Notes under the pieces: model-generated
Database searches by the model: none
Seen by the model: the letters and a program-made list of their open reading frames with translations, nothing else
What the model was told of the DNA's origin: nothing
Part shown: positions 1-7,896 of the stretch, one piece after another
How positions within the stretch are numbered: the first letter of the stretch is position 1
Layout: every line of letters starts with the position of its first letter
NCBI GenBank assembly: GCA_039630345.1
Contig: JBCNVD010000003.1
Location: forward strand, 1-21,302
Reading direction: 5' to 3'
From: Aquificaceae bacterium
GTDB taxonomy: Bacteria; Aquificota; Aquificia; Aquificales; Aquificaceae
DNA: 21,302 nt
Program-made: the position numbers and the translations under genes

Positions 1-707
1 AGCAAATCCTGCTTAAAAGCCTTTGCTCTGGCAAGGAGCTCTCCATCTAAAGAAAAGACAAAGCTTCTGCCGTCAAAAACAAGCTCGTCCTGACCGCCAA
101 CCAAGTTTACATACGCTATGCTTATGCCAAACTCCTTTGCGCGCTCTTTAACTAGTTTTTCGCGAATAGCTTGCTTGCCTTCAAAAAAGGGCGAGGCGTT
201 TAAAACAACAATCGCATCTAAAGCGCTACTGACAGAGGAGTAAAAGATATCTCTGTCCCATAAATCCTCGCAAATAAGAACCCCTATGCGAAAAGACCTT
301 ATTGAAAAGCTATAGCTTTCTCTCCCCCTTTTGAAATATCTAACTTCGTCAAAGACTGAGTAATTTGGCAAAGCCCTTTTAAAGTAAAGACCTTTTAACC
401 TGCCATGACCTATAATCGCGCAGGCATTGAAAACGCCATCCTGCTCTATGGGCAGTCCAACCATCGCATGGCTATTGAAATAACAAGAGGCTTCAATCAG
501 GTCATTAAGTGCATCCTTGCAGGCTTTTAAAAAGCTCCTTTTAAGGAGCAGATCCTCAGGTGGATAGCCACAGATTGACAGCTCCGGAAAGACAATCAGA
601 TCACTGACTTTGTCGCACTCTTCCCATGATTTTACAATAAGACCTATGTTGTTATTAATGTCTCCCAGCTTTGGGTTTATTTGCGCAAGGGTTAAATTAA
701 AAGCCAT
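1..707 (-). CDS. nadE: Glutamine-dependent NAD+ synthetase, N-terminal carbon-nitrogen hydrolase (glutaminase) domain; runs off the left edge of the window
   Basis: Not in the ORF track; translated by hand from ATG at 707: MAFNLTLAQINPKLGDINNN...IVFPELSICGYPPEDLL...FKRALPNYSVFDEVRYF...ICEDLW...NASPF...YVNLVGGQDELVFDGRS. Contains the E-K-C nitrilase triad and NadE-typical motifs (GYPPEDL, LPNYxVFDE, GGQDELVFDG). Confidence 0.93.
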   Translation of the reverse strand, partial: MAFNLTLAQINPKLGDINNNIGLIVKSWEECDKVSDLIVFPELSICGYPPEDLLLKRSFLKACKDALNDLIEASCYFNSHAMVGLPIEQDGVFNACAIIGHGRLKGLYFKRALPNYSVFDEVRYFKRGRESYSFSIRSFRIGVLICEDLWDRDIFYSSVSSALDAIVVLNASPFFEGKQAIREKLVKERAKEFGISIAYVNLVGGQDELVFDGRSFVFSLDGELLARAKAFKQDL

Positions 708-718
708 ATTAAAAATCT

Positions 719-735
719 GCGCCCCGAAGGGGCGC
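719..735. promoter_or_regulatory. GC-rich hairpin (GCGCCCC-GAA-GGGGCGC) in the 62-bp divergent nadE/gltB spacer
   Basis: Perfect 7-bp inverted repeat followed by T-rich sequence on both strands (GCTTTATTTT on +, AGATTTTT on -). Function is inferred. Confidence 0.55.
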
Positions 736-769
736 GCTTTATTTTAATCTATTTTATGAGGTTAAAGAA

Positions 770-3700
770 ATGTTAGGGCATGACTCTTGTGGAGTTGGGT
801 TTGTTTGCAACATAAGCGGGGAAAAGAGCCATGAGATAGTAAGACTTGGGCTTAGAGCTCTCTCAAGGCTTATGCATAGAGGAGCAATTGGTCCGGATGG
901 GAAAACCGGCGACGGGTCCGGGATAAGTTTGCAACTGCCGGTGGAGTTTTTCCTCTCTTATCTTGAGTCTCTGGGGATAGATATAGAGCCCCAAAACCTG
1001 GCGGTTGGGTCTTTGTTTCTTTATGAGGATGTAAGACCCCAGATAGAGCTGGCTTTTCAAAAAGCTGGATTTAAGGTCCTTTCATGGCGCGAGGTGCCTG
1101 TTGATAAGTCTGTCGCGGGCCAGTGGGCAATAAGGTCAATGCCAAAGATATTTCATCTGATTCTTGATACAGAGCAAATAAGCCCGGAAAGAAGGGCAGT
1201 GGAGCTATATATAACCAGAAAACTCATAGAAAAGGACCGCAAGCTAAGAGATAAGGTCTATTTTGCCTCTCTTTCGGACAAAATCCTGGTTTATAAGGGC
1301 ATGCTCCTTGCAAATTCTTTGGCGAGTTTTTACATAGATTTAGAAGATGAGAGAATAATGTCATGGTTTTGCATCTTCCATCAGAGGTATTCGACAAACA
1401 CCTTCCCCGACTGGAAACTTGCACAGCCTTTCAGGCACATTGCACACAACGGCGAGATAAACACCCTTCAGGGCAATCGAAACTGGTATAAAAACATCCA
1501 AAACGAGCTCTACAGCGAGGTTTTTGGCGACAGAATCAAAGACATTTTGCCAATTGTTAAAGATGACGAAAGCGACTCTGCTTCTCTTGATGCAGTTTTT
1601 GAGCTTCTTTTGCTATCTGGATACAAACCAGAACACGCCATAAACGCCCTTATACCGCCAGCTTTTGAAACAAACCCCGATATGCCAAAGCAGGTCAGGG
1701 ACTTTTTTGAGTATCACTCTCTTTTGATAAAGCCCTGGGATGGTCCCGCTTCTGTGGTTTTTTCAGACGCAAAGTGCGTTGGAGCCCACCTTGATAGAAA
1801 CGGACTAAGACCTGCAAGATACACCCTTACAAAAGACGGGCTTTTTGTGCTTGGCTCTGAAAGCGGGATGCTCGAGCTAAAAGATAGAGAAATCCTCAAA
1901 AGAGGAAGACTTGGACCCGGGGACACGATTCTCGTTGACCCCTCTAGAGGAGTGCTTGAAACCTCTGAGATTCTGCTCTCGATATCAGAGCTAGAACCCT
2001 ACGGCCAGTGGCTTGAAAACAACCTCATAAGGCTTTCAGAAATAAGAAAAGAAAACACCAGCATAGATGTCTCTCAGGATCTTACTTCAAAACTTATTGC
2101 CTTTGGCTACACTCAGGAAGAGATAAAAAACCAGATCGCGCCTTCGGCGAAGGAGGGGAAGGAAATAACCTTCTCCATGGGCGATGATACCCCTTTGCCA
2201 CCTCTTTCTCTAAAGCCCCAGCTTCTATTTAGGTATTTTAAACAGCGCTTTGCGCAGGTTACAAACCCCCCAATAGACCCCATAAGAGAGCGCTCGGTGA
2301 TGTCTCTTAAGATGAATTTAGGGCACAAGAGAAACTTTCTTGTCCAGACCCCGGAGCATGCAAAGAGGTTGCAAATTAATAGCCCCGTGCTTTTGCCCTC
2401 TGACATTGAAGCGATCCTTTCGCAAAGTCAGATAAAGGCTGTCTGGATTCCCATGACTTACCCCAAAGAGCGTGCATATTTGATATCAGAGCTTCAAGAC
2501 CTTGCGGGCGAAAGAAGGATTACAGACATTCTTTACGATGCAATGTACGAAGGCGCAAGCATTTGCGATTTAAGACTCGGGGCTGAGGTGGTCTCAAGAA
2601 GGGTCGAGGAAGCGGTCAAAGAGGGCGCAAACATAGTTATCCTTTCAGATAGAAACATCTCGCGATACAGGGTCGCAGTGCCAAGTCTTCTTGCAATCTC
2701 TTCGTGCTTTGCCTGGCTTTCTCAAAAAGGACTTGCCAGCAAGGTTTCGATAATTTTAGAGACCGGCGAGGCAAGAGACAGTCACCATATTGCCTGCCTT
2801 ATAGGATACGGCGCTTCTGCAGTTTATCCTTATCTTGCTTATGAGCTTATAAAAGACCTCTGTGAGAAGGGAGAGATAAACCTTGAGCTAGAAAAAGCCA
2901 TCAGAAACTACAAAAAAGCCCTCGAGGATGGTCTTTTGAAAATCATCTCAAAGATGGGAATATCCACGATAAATTCCTATCACGGGGCAAAAATCTTTGA
3001 CGCAATTTGCCTAAGTGAGGACTTTATAAACGAGTTTTTCCCATCAACTGCATTCACTATGCCAGCAGATAGCATTTTTGAAATCCAGGATAGCCTCATT
3101 ATAAGACACGACCTTGGATTTGAAGAGACACAGCCAAAGCTCGACCAGGGCGGTGATATGAAATTCAGAAAAGGTCAGGAAGCCCATGCCTGGTCTCCAC
3201 ATGTCGTTAGAGCTCTTCATAAGTTTTTGCAAACCAAAAACTACGAGGATTATCTTGAGTTTTCTAAGGTTGCAAACGAAGAACATCCTGTGTTTTTAAG
3301 GCACTTGCTTGAGCCAAAGTTTGCAAGCGAGCCTTTGCCCCTTGAAGAGGTAGAACCCGAAGAAGAAATTCTAAAGCGCTTTGTAACAGGCGGGATGTCT
3401 CTTGGGGCTCTCTCTCCAGAGGCGCATGAGCTCCTTGCGCTTGCCTGCAACGCTCTTGGCATGAGAAGCAACTCTGGCGAAGGTGGCGAAGACCCTGCAA
3501 GATACTTTAGCAACAAAAACTCCGCAATAAAGCAAGTAGCCTCAGGGCGCTTTGGGGTTACTCCCACTTATCTTGCCAGTGCAAAGGAGATTGAAATCAA
3601 AATAGCCCAGGGGGCAAAGCCCGGTGAGGGCGGTCAACTTCCCGGAAAGAAAGTAAACTCCTACATAGCAAAACTCAGATACGCCCAGGAAGGGGTAAGT

Positions 3701-5218
3701 TTAATATCCCCTCCACCGCATCATGATATTTACTCAATTGAAGACCTTGCACAGCTTATAAATGACCTCAAAGAGGCAAATCCAAAAGCCCGCGTTTGCG
3801 TCAAACTCGTTTCAGAAACAGGCGTGGGAACAGTTAGCGCAGGCGTTGCAAAAGCCTATGCCGACATAATACAAATAAGCAGTGCGGAGGGAGGAACCGG
3901 CGCAAGCCCATACACTTCTATAAAAAACGCAGGCAACTACTGGGAAGTTGGACTTTACGAAGCTCACAAAACTCTGGTGGAAAACTCCCTAAGAGAAAAG
4001 GTAAGACTTCGGGTAGATGGGGCTTTAAGAACCGCAAAAGATGTCATAATTGCGGCTCTTCTTGGCGCTGAAGAGTTTGGCTTTGGGACAGTTGCTATGA
4101 TAGCAGAAGGCTGCGTAATGGCAAGGGTTTGCCACACCAATCAGTGTCCTACAGGCGTTGCCACCCAGGACGAAAAATACAGGGCAAAGTTTAGAGGCTC
4201 TTTTGATGATTTAGTAGCCTACTTTAAAGCTCTTGCTCATGAGGTTAGAGTTTATCTATCAAAGATGGGCTTTCGCTCACTAAGTGAGATCATAGGAAGA
4301 GCTGATTTGATAGAGCTAAAAAGCCTTGACCACATTCCGGGCTCAAGGAGGTTTAAGTTAGAAACTCTGAAATTTAAAAACCTCCATCAGAGTTGCAAAG
4401 CTGATAGAAACGACAACCCTTCAAGAAGCGCCCTTTGCAAAACCCTTGAGGAAGAAGTCACGCCTTATATTAAATCCAGACAGCGCTTTAAGAAAACTTA
4501 CGAAATATCAAACATAGACCGCTCAGTGCCAACCAGACTTTCATACCATATCTCAATGCTTTATGGAGACACAGGACTTGATGAAGACACGATTGATTTA
4601 ACTTTCGTAGGGACTGCAGGTCAGAGCTTTGGCGCATTTAACCACAAAGGCATGACGCTTACTTTAATAGGAGATGCCAACGACTATGTTGGCAAAGGAA
4701 TGCATGGCGGAAAAATCATCATAAAGCCTCAGGATTTAAAAGAGCCTCATAAAAATGTCTCTATTGGAAATACCTGTCTTTATGGGGCAACCGGCGGGGA
4801 GCTTTACTGCCTTGGCAAAAGCGGTGAAAGATTTGCAGTAAGAAATAGCGGTGCTATAGCTATTGTGGAAGGGGCCGGGATGCACTGCTGTGAATATATG
4901 ACCGGCGGGATTGTGGTGGTTCTTGGGGAAGTTGGTCAAAACTTTGGCGCCGGGATGACAGGCGGTGAGGCTTTTGTGCTAGATAGCGACATTGACAAAA
5001 AACTCAACAAAGAGTATGTAATTGCCATTGAACTATCAAGCGAGGACGAGGAGCGCCTAAAGGCGCTGATTGAAAACCACTATAAGTATACAAACAGTCC
5101 ACTGGCAGCTCAGATTCTTGAAAACTTTGGCATTTTTGTAAAAAGATTTTACAAAATCATGCCACTTGAACAGCTAAAGCTCAAAGGGATCCAATGTCAA
5201 CTTCAGGCGGGGCGCTAA
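770..5218 (+). CDS. gltB: Glutamate synthase large subunit (possibly the monomeric ferredoxin-dependent form)
   Basis: 1482 aa. N-terminal HDSCGVGF (catalytic Cys of the Ntn amidotransferase), HQRYSTNTFP, AHNGEINT, PWDGP, FAQVTNPPIDP, GMSLGALS, NSGEGGE, IKQVASGRFGV, AQGAKPGEGGQLPG, PPPHHDIYSIEDL, 3Fe-4S motif CVMARVCHTNQC, C-terminal GXGXG beta-helix. SD-like GAGGT upstream. Confidence 0.97.
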   Translation: MLGHDSCGVGFVCNISGEKSHEIVRLGLRALSRLMHRGAIGPDGKTGDGSGISLQLPVEFFLSYLESLGIDIEPQNLAVGSLFLYEDVRPQIELAFQKAGFKVLSWREVPVDKSVAGQWAIRSMPKIFHLILDTEQISPERRAVELYITRKLIEKDRKLRDKVYFASLSDKILVYKGMLLANSLASFYIDLEDERIMSWFCIFHQRYSTNTFPDWKLAQPFRHIAHNGEINTLQGNRNWYKNIQNELYSEVFGDRIKDILPIVKDDESDSASLDAVFELLLLSGYKPEHAINALIPPAFETNPDMPKQVRDFFEYHSLLIKPWDGPASVVFSDAKCVGAHLDRNGLRPARYTLTKDGLFVLGSESGMLELKDREILKRGRLGPGDTILVDPSRGVLETSEILLSISELEPYGQWLENNLIRLSEIRKENTSIDVSQDLTSKLIAFGYTQEEIKNQIAPSAKEGKEITFSMGDDTPLPPLSLKPQLLFRYFKQRFAQVTNPPIDPIRERSVMSLKMNLGHKRNFLVQTPEHAKRLQINSPVLLPSDIEAILSQSQIKAVWIPMTYPKERAYLISELQDLAGERRITDILYDAMYEGASICDLRLGAEVVSRRVEEAVKEGANIVILSDRNISRYRVAVPSLLAISSCFAWLSQKGLASKVSIILETGEARDSHHIACLIGYGASAVYPYLAYELIKDLCEKGEINLELEKAIRNYKKALEDGLLKIISKMGISTINSYHGAKIFDAICLSEDFINEFFPSTAFTMPADSIFEIQDSLIIRHDLGFEETQPKLDQGGDMKFRKGQEAHAWSPHVVRALHKFLQTKNYEDYLEFSKVANEEHPVFLRHLLEPKFASEPLPLEEVEPEEEILKRFVTGGMSLGALSPEAHELLALACNALGMRSNSGEGGEDPARYFSNKNSAIKQVASGRFGVTPTYLASAKEIEIKIAQGAKPGEGGQLPGKKVNSYIAKLRYAQEGVSLISPPPHHDIYSIEDLAQLINDLKEANPKARVCVKLVSETGVGTVSAGVAKAYADIIQISSAEGGTGASPYTSIKNAGNYWEVGLYEAHKTLVENSLREKVRLRVDGALRTAKDVIIAALLGAEEFGFGTVAMIAEGCVMARVCHTNQCPTGVATQDEKYRAKFRGSFDDLVAYFKALAHEVRVYLSKMGFRSLSEIIGRADLIELKSLDHIPGSRRFKLETLKFKNLHQSCKADRNDNPSRSALCKTLEEEVTPYIKSRQRFKKTYEISNIDRSVPTRLSYHISMLYGDTGLDEDTIDLTFVGTAGQSFGAFNHKGMTLTLIGDANDYVGKGMHGGKIIIKPQDLKEPHKNVSIGNTCLYGATGGELYCLGKSGERFAVRNSGAIAIVEGAGMHCCEYMTGGIVVVLGEVGQNFGAGMTGGEAFVLDSDIDKKLNKEYVIAIELSSEDEERLKALIENHYKYTNSPLAAQILENFGIFVKRFYKIMPLEQLKLKGIQCQLQAGR

Positions 5219-6327
5219 GGCGCAGTCTCGCCTTTGGACTCTTTGACGCTGGCGAAACCGCCTTTGGGGCTCTTTTTATATCAACCCTTTTTCCTCTTTA
5301 TATCTCGGAATATATCCCAACGAAGTTATACACATTCCTCTATGGTCTTTCGATGATGATTTCTTTTGCTCTTGCCCTTTTTATGTCAACATTTGCCGAT
5401 AGAAAAGCCATAAGAAAGCTACTTTTTTCCGCTTTTGGCATTTTAACCGCAGCTCTTTGCGCGCTGGTTGGTTTTGTTTTGGAAAATCCCTATTTGGGAT
5501 TTGGGGTTTTTTTAATTATGCTGGTTTTTAAACAGCAAACGCTGGTTTTTTATGCAAGTCTTCTTGGAAGTTTTAAATCAAAGGGTCTTACTTCAGGGAT
5601 CGGGGTATCCATGGGATACCTTGGGGCTTCTATTTCGCTTCTTATCTTTGCCTCAAGTCTAAAGTTGCCAGAGGGGGCATATTTAGTTTCTGTTCTTTTT
5701 CTCTCTCTTTCAATTCCTGCGTTTTTTTTGCTAAAAGAGCCCGAAAGGGCGCTTTCAGAGGTTTCTATTATCAAACTTTTAAAAGATAGAAAGTTTTTAA
5801 TGCTTCTATTATCATGCCTGCTTGTTATGGAAGTTGCAAGCACTATGGGGGCTATTATGAGCCTTTATTTGAAAGAAGTTTACCTGATGGAAAAGAGAGA
5901 AATTTATATAACCATAGCCCTATCTGCACTTGGAGGCGTTTTTTCTGCGCCGATTTTTGGATATTTAACAGATAAATTTAGCCCAGATAAAATATTTCCC
6001 TTTTCTTTTCCTCTGTGGGGCTTTTTTTTGGTGCTTTTATATTTAACTCCAAAAGAGCTGGTTATCTCTTTGGGGCTTTTTGCAGGGCTATGTCTTGCCC
6101 ATCTATGGACGAGCGTGAGAGCTTTGATAATTAGCAGTGCAAGTGGGGATTTTGCCCTTAGAATGGCTATGCTCTCTCTTAGCGAAAGATTATCTATGAG
6201 CTTAGGGCCCATGATGTGGTCTTTTTTTATGCTCATTAGCTTAGATAATTATCGCCTTAGCGCGCTTTTGATGGGTATTTTTCCAGCTATTGGGGGGTTT
6301 TTTTACTTTCTTTCCCGGAGGTTGTAG
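5194..6327 (+). CDS. MFS transporter (UMF1/Atg22-like)
   Basis: 377 aa, about 12 hydrophobic segments. N-terminal FGLFDAGETAF resembles the UMF1 WxxYDxAN motif; MFS motif-A-like STFADRKAIRK and GYLTDKFS. Overlaps gltB by 25 nt. Confidence 0.8.
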   Translation: MSTSGGALRRSLAFGLFDAGETAFGALFISTLFPLYISEYIPTKLYTFLYGLSMMISFALALFMSTFADRKAIRKLLFSAFGILTAALCALVGFVLENPYLGFGVFLIMLVFKQQTLVFYASLLGSFKSKGLTSGIGVSMGYLGASISLLIFASSLKLPEGAYLVSVLFLSLSIPAFFLLKEPERALSEVSIIKLLKDRKFLMLLLSCLLVMEVASTMGAIMSLYLKEVYLMEKREIYITIALSALGGVFSAPIFGYLTDKFSPDKIFPFSFPLWGFFLVLLYLTPKELVISLGLFAGLCLAHLWTSVRALIISSASGDFALRMAMLSLSERLSMSLGPMMWSFFMLISLDNYRLSALLMGIFPAIGGFFYFLSRRL

Positions 6328-7113
6328 CTGGAAGTTTTTATATTCTGGGAAGGACTTTTGACAGCGCTTTTTATAGCAATAGGCTCTTCTGTGCTTGGGG
6401 TTTTTGTAATTATTAGAAGACTTAGCGCAATTGGAGCAGGGATTTCACATCTTAGTTTCGCAAGCGTTGCCCTTGCTCTTAGTCTGAATTTAGAGCCTGC
6501 GACCTTTAGCGCTATAATTGCCGCCTTTAGCGCAATCTTTTTAAGAAGTCTTTCTCTAAAGCAGGGGATTCCTGCGGATGCGTCGGTTGCGGTGCTTTTT
6601 GCGCTAGGACCTGCAATTGCTACGCTCCTTATTGCAAAGGGGGATTTCTCTCCTGGGGAGCTAAATTCCATACTCTATGGCAGCTTACTTCAGGCAGGAA
6701 AGTTTGATATCCTCCTTGGGCTATTTGTATGTCTTGCTTCTTTGGTTTTTGTGAAAATGTATTTTAGAGCTCTTATTCTCCTCAGTCTTTCACAGGAGCT
6801 GGCAAGACTTAAAGGAATCAGGATAAAGACAGTCGAATACGCTCTTAGCATATTAACCGGCATAAGCATAGCAGTTTCTATAAAAGCGGTTGGAATTTTG
6901 CTCTCCTCAAGTTTGATAGTAATACCTTCGCTTGCAGGCATTTTGCTAAGCAGTTCTTTAAAGTCTGCAACTATAATTTCAGCGCTTATTTCCGCCTTTG
7001 GGGTTATTGTGGGGATGCTTATCTCTATAGAGCTTGACATTCCCCCATCTTCTTCGATAGTTGGGATATACCTTATAGCCCTTATTCTATCAACCTTTAA
7101 AAAAGGGGGGTAG
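6328..7113 (+). CDS. Metal (Zn/Mn) ABC transporter permease, ZnuB/ABC-3 family; start probably CTG at 6328 (ORF track uses TTG at 6358)
   Basis: LGVFVIIRRLSAIGAGISH, ILYGSLL, ELARLKGI, SIKAVGILLSSSLIVIP and LDIPPSSSIV match ZnuB/MntB patterns. The frame stays open back to CTG 6328, which has GGAGG (6317-6321) 6 nt upstream. Confidence 0.85.
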   Translation: MEVFIFWEGLLTALFIAIGSSVLGVFVIIRRLSAIGAGISHLSFASVALALSLNLEPATFSAIIAAFSAIFLRSLSLKQGIPADASVAVLFALGPAIATLLIAKGDFSPGELNSILYGSLLQAGKFDILLGLFVCLASLVFVKMYFRALILLSLSQELARLKGIRIKTVEYALSILTGISIAVSIKAVGILLSSSLIVIPSLAGILLSSSLKSATIISALISAFGVIVGMLISIELDIPPSSSIVGIYLIALILSTFKKGG

Positions 7114-7139
7114 CGGGGGGAATTTCCCCCCGCGTTTTT
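7113..7139. terminator. Intrinsic terminator between the convergent ZnuB-like gene and rnhC, probably bidirectional
   Basis: GCGGGGGGAA-T-TTCCCCCCGC (7113-7133) followed by GTTTTT on +. An A-run and a second G6 tract lie just upstream. Confidence 0.8.
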
Positions 7140-7896
7140 AGATTAAGAAGAAAGTCTTTATGAGCTTTGCAAACTCAGGGTTTTGACTGAGCATCCTTTT
7201 TGCCATTGTAAGTTGCTCTTTAGAGCTGCCGGGCTTTAGATTTCGCTCAAGGAGCCATCTTAGGTAGGTTTCCCTTGCTATGATGCTTGCGACAGCTACC
7301 GGTAAAAAGCGCTCTGCGCCGTGGGTGTAGATTGCGCCCTCTATGGGGCTTGTTCTGGAGTATGCATCAAGGATGATTGCTGAGTTTTCAGGAACATCTT
7401 TTGCAAGCTCTGAGTATAGTCTGTCAAGGACTTTGTTGATGCTGCCTAGTTTTTCTCTCTCTTTTGAGAGCTCTATAGGTTCTAGGACTTTGCACTGATG
7501 GGGGAGGATTTCTTTAAGAGCTGCGGATTTTTTAAAGACCTGCTGTGGGCTAAGGCGCTTTGAATCAGTGGGGACAATTTCAAGAACCTTCAGGAAATTT
7601 TCGGGAAAGATGGTGGCAGAGCATGCAACAAGAGGCCCAAAAACATCGCCCTTTCCTGATTCATCCATCCCAGTCTGTGGATTTTGGGGGATTAAGTTTA
7701 GTTCTTTTATTAAATTGTGGATGTTTTTGCCCTGAATTAAGAGCTTTCCGGTTTTATAAAGGGTTATACAGCTCTCTGAATTACAAAAAGACCAGAGAGA
7801 GTGCTGAATAGACCTCTTTTTAAAGCCAGAGCTCTCTAAGAGGCTATAGACTCTCTGGCTTTGAGATTCATCCAGATATAAAACCGCAACCTTCAA
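7138..7896 (-). CDS. rnhC: Ribonuclease HIII
   Basis: N-terminal TBP-like domain (ITLYKTGKLLIQGK), GMDESGKGDVFGPLV active-site motif, TDSKRL, IILDAY, AVASIIAR. TTG start overlaps the nuoG stop (TTGA). Confidence 0.92.
   Translation of the reverse strand: MKVAVLYLDESQSQRVYSLLESSGFKKRSIQHSLWSFCNSESCITLYKTGKLLIQGKNIHNLIKELNLIPQNPQTGMDESGKGDVFGPLVACSATIFPENFLKVLEIVPTDSKRLSPQQVFKKSAALKEILPHQCKVLEPIELSKEREKLGSINKVLDRLYSELAKDVPENSAIILDAYSRTSPIEGAIYTHGAERFLPVAVASIIARETYLRWLLERNLKPGSSKEQLTMAKRMLSQNPEFAKLIKTFFLI

Noticed and set aside
5720..6030. Poly-T tracts in the MFS gene as phase-variation sites
   Set aside because: Only 8 nt long, they encode Phe/Leu in TM helices, and the frame is intact.
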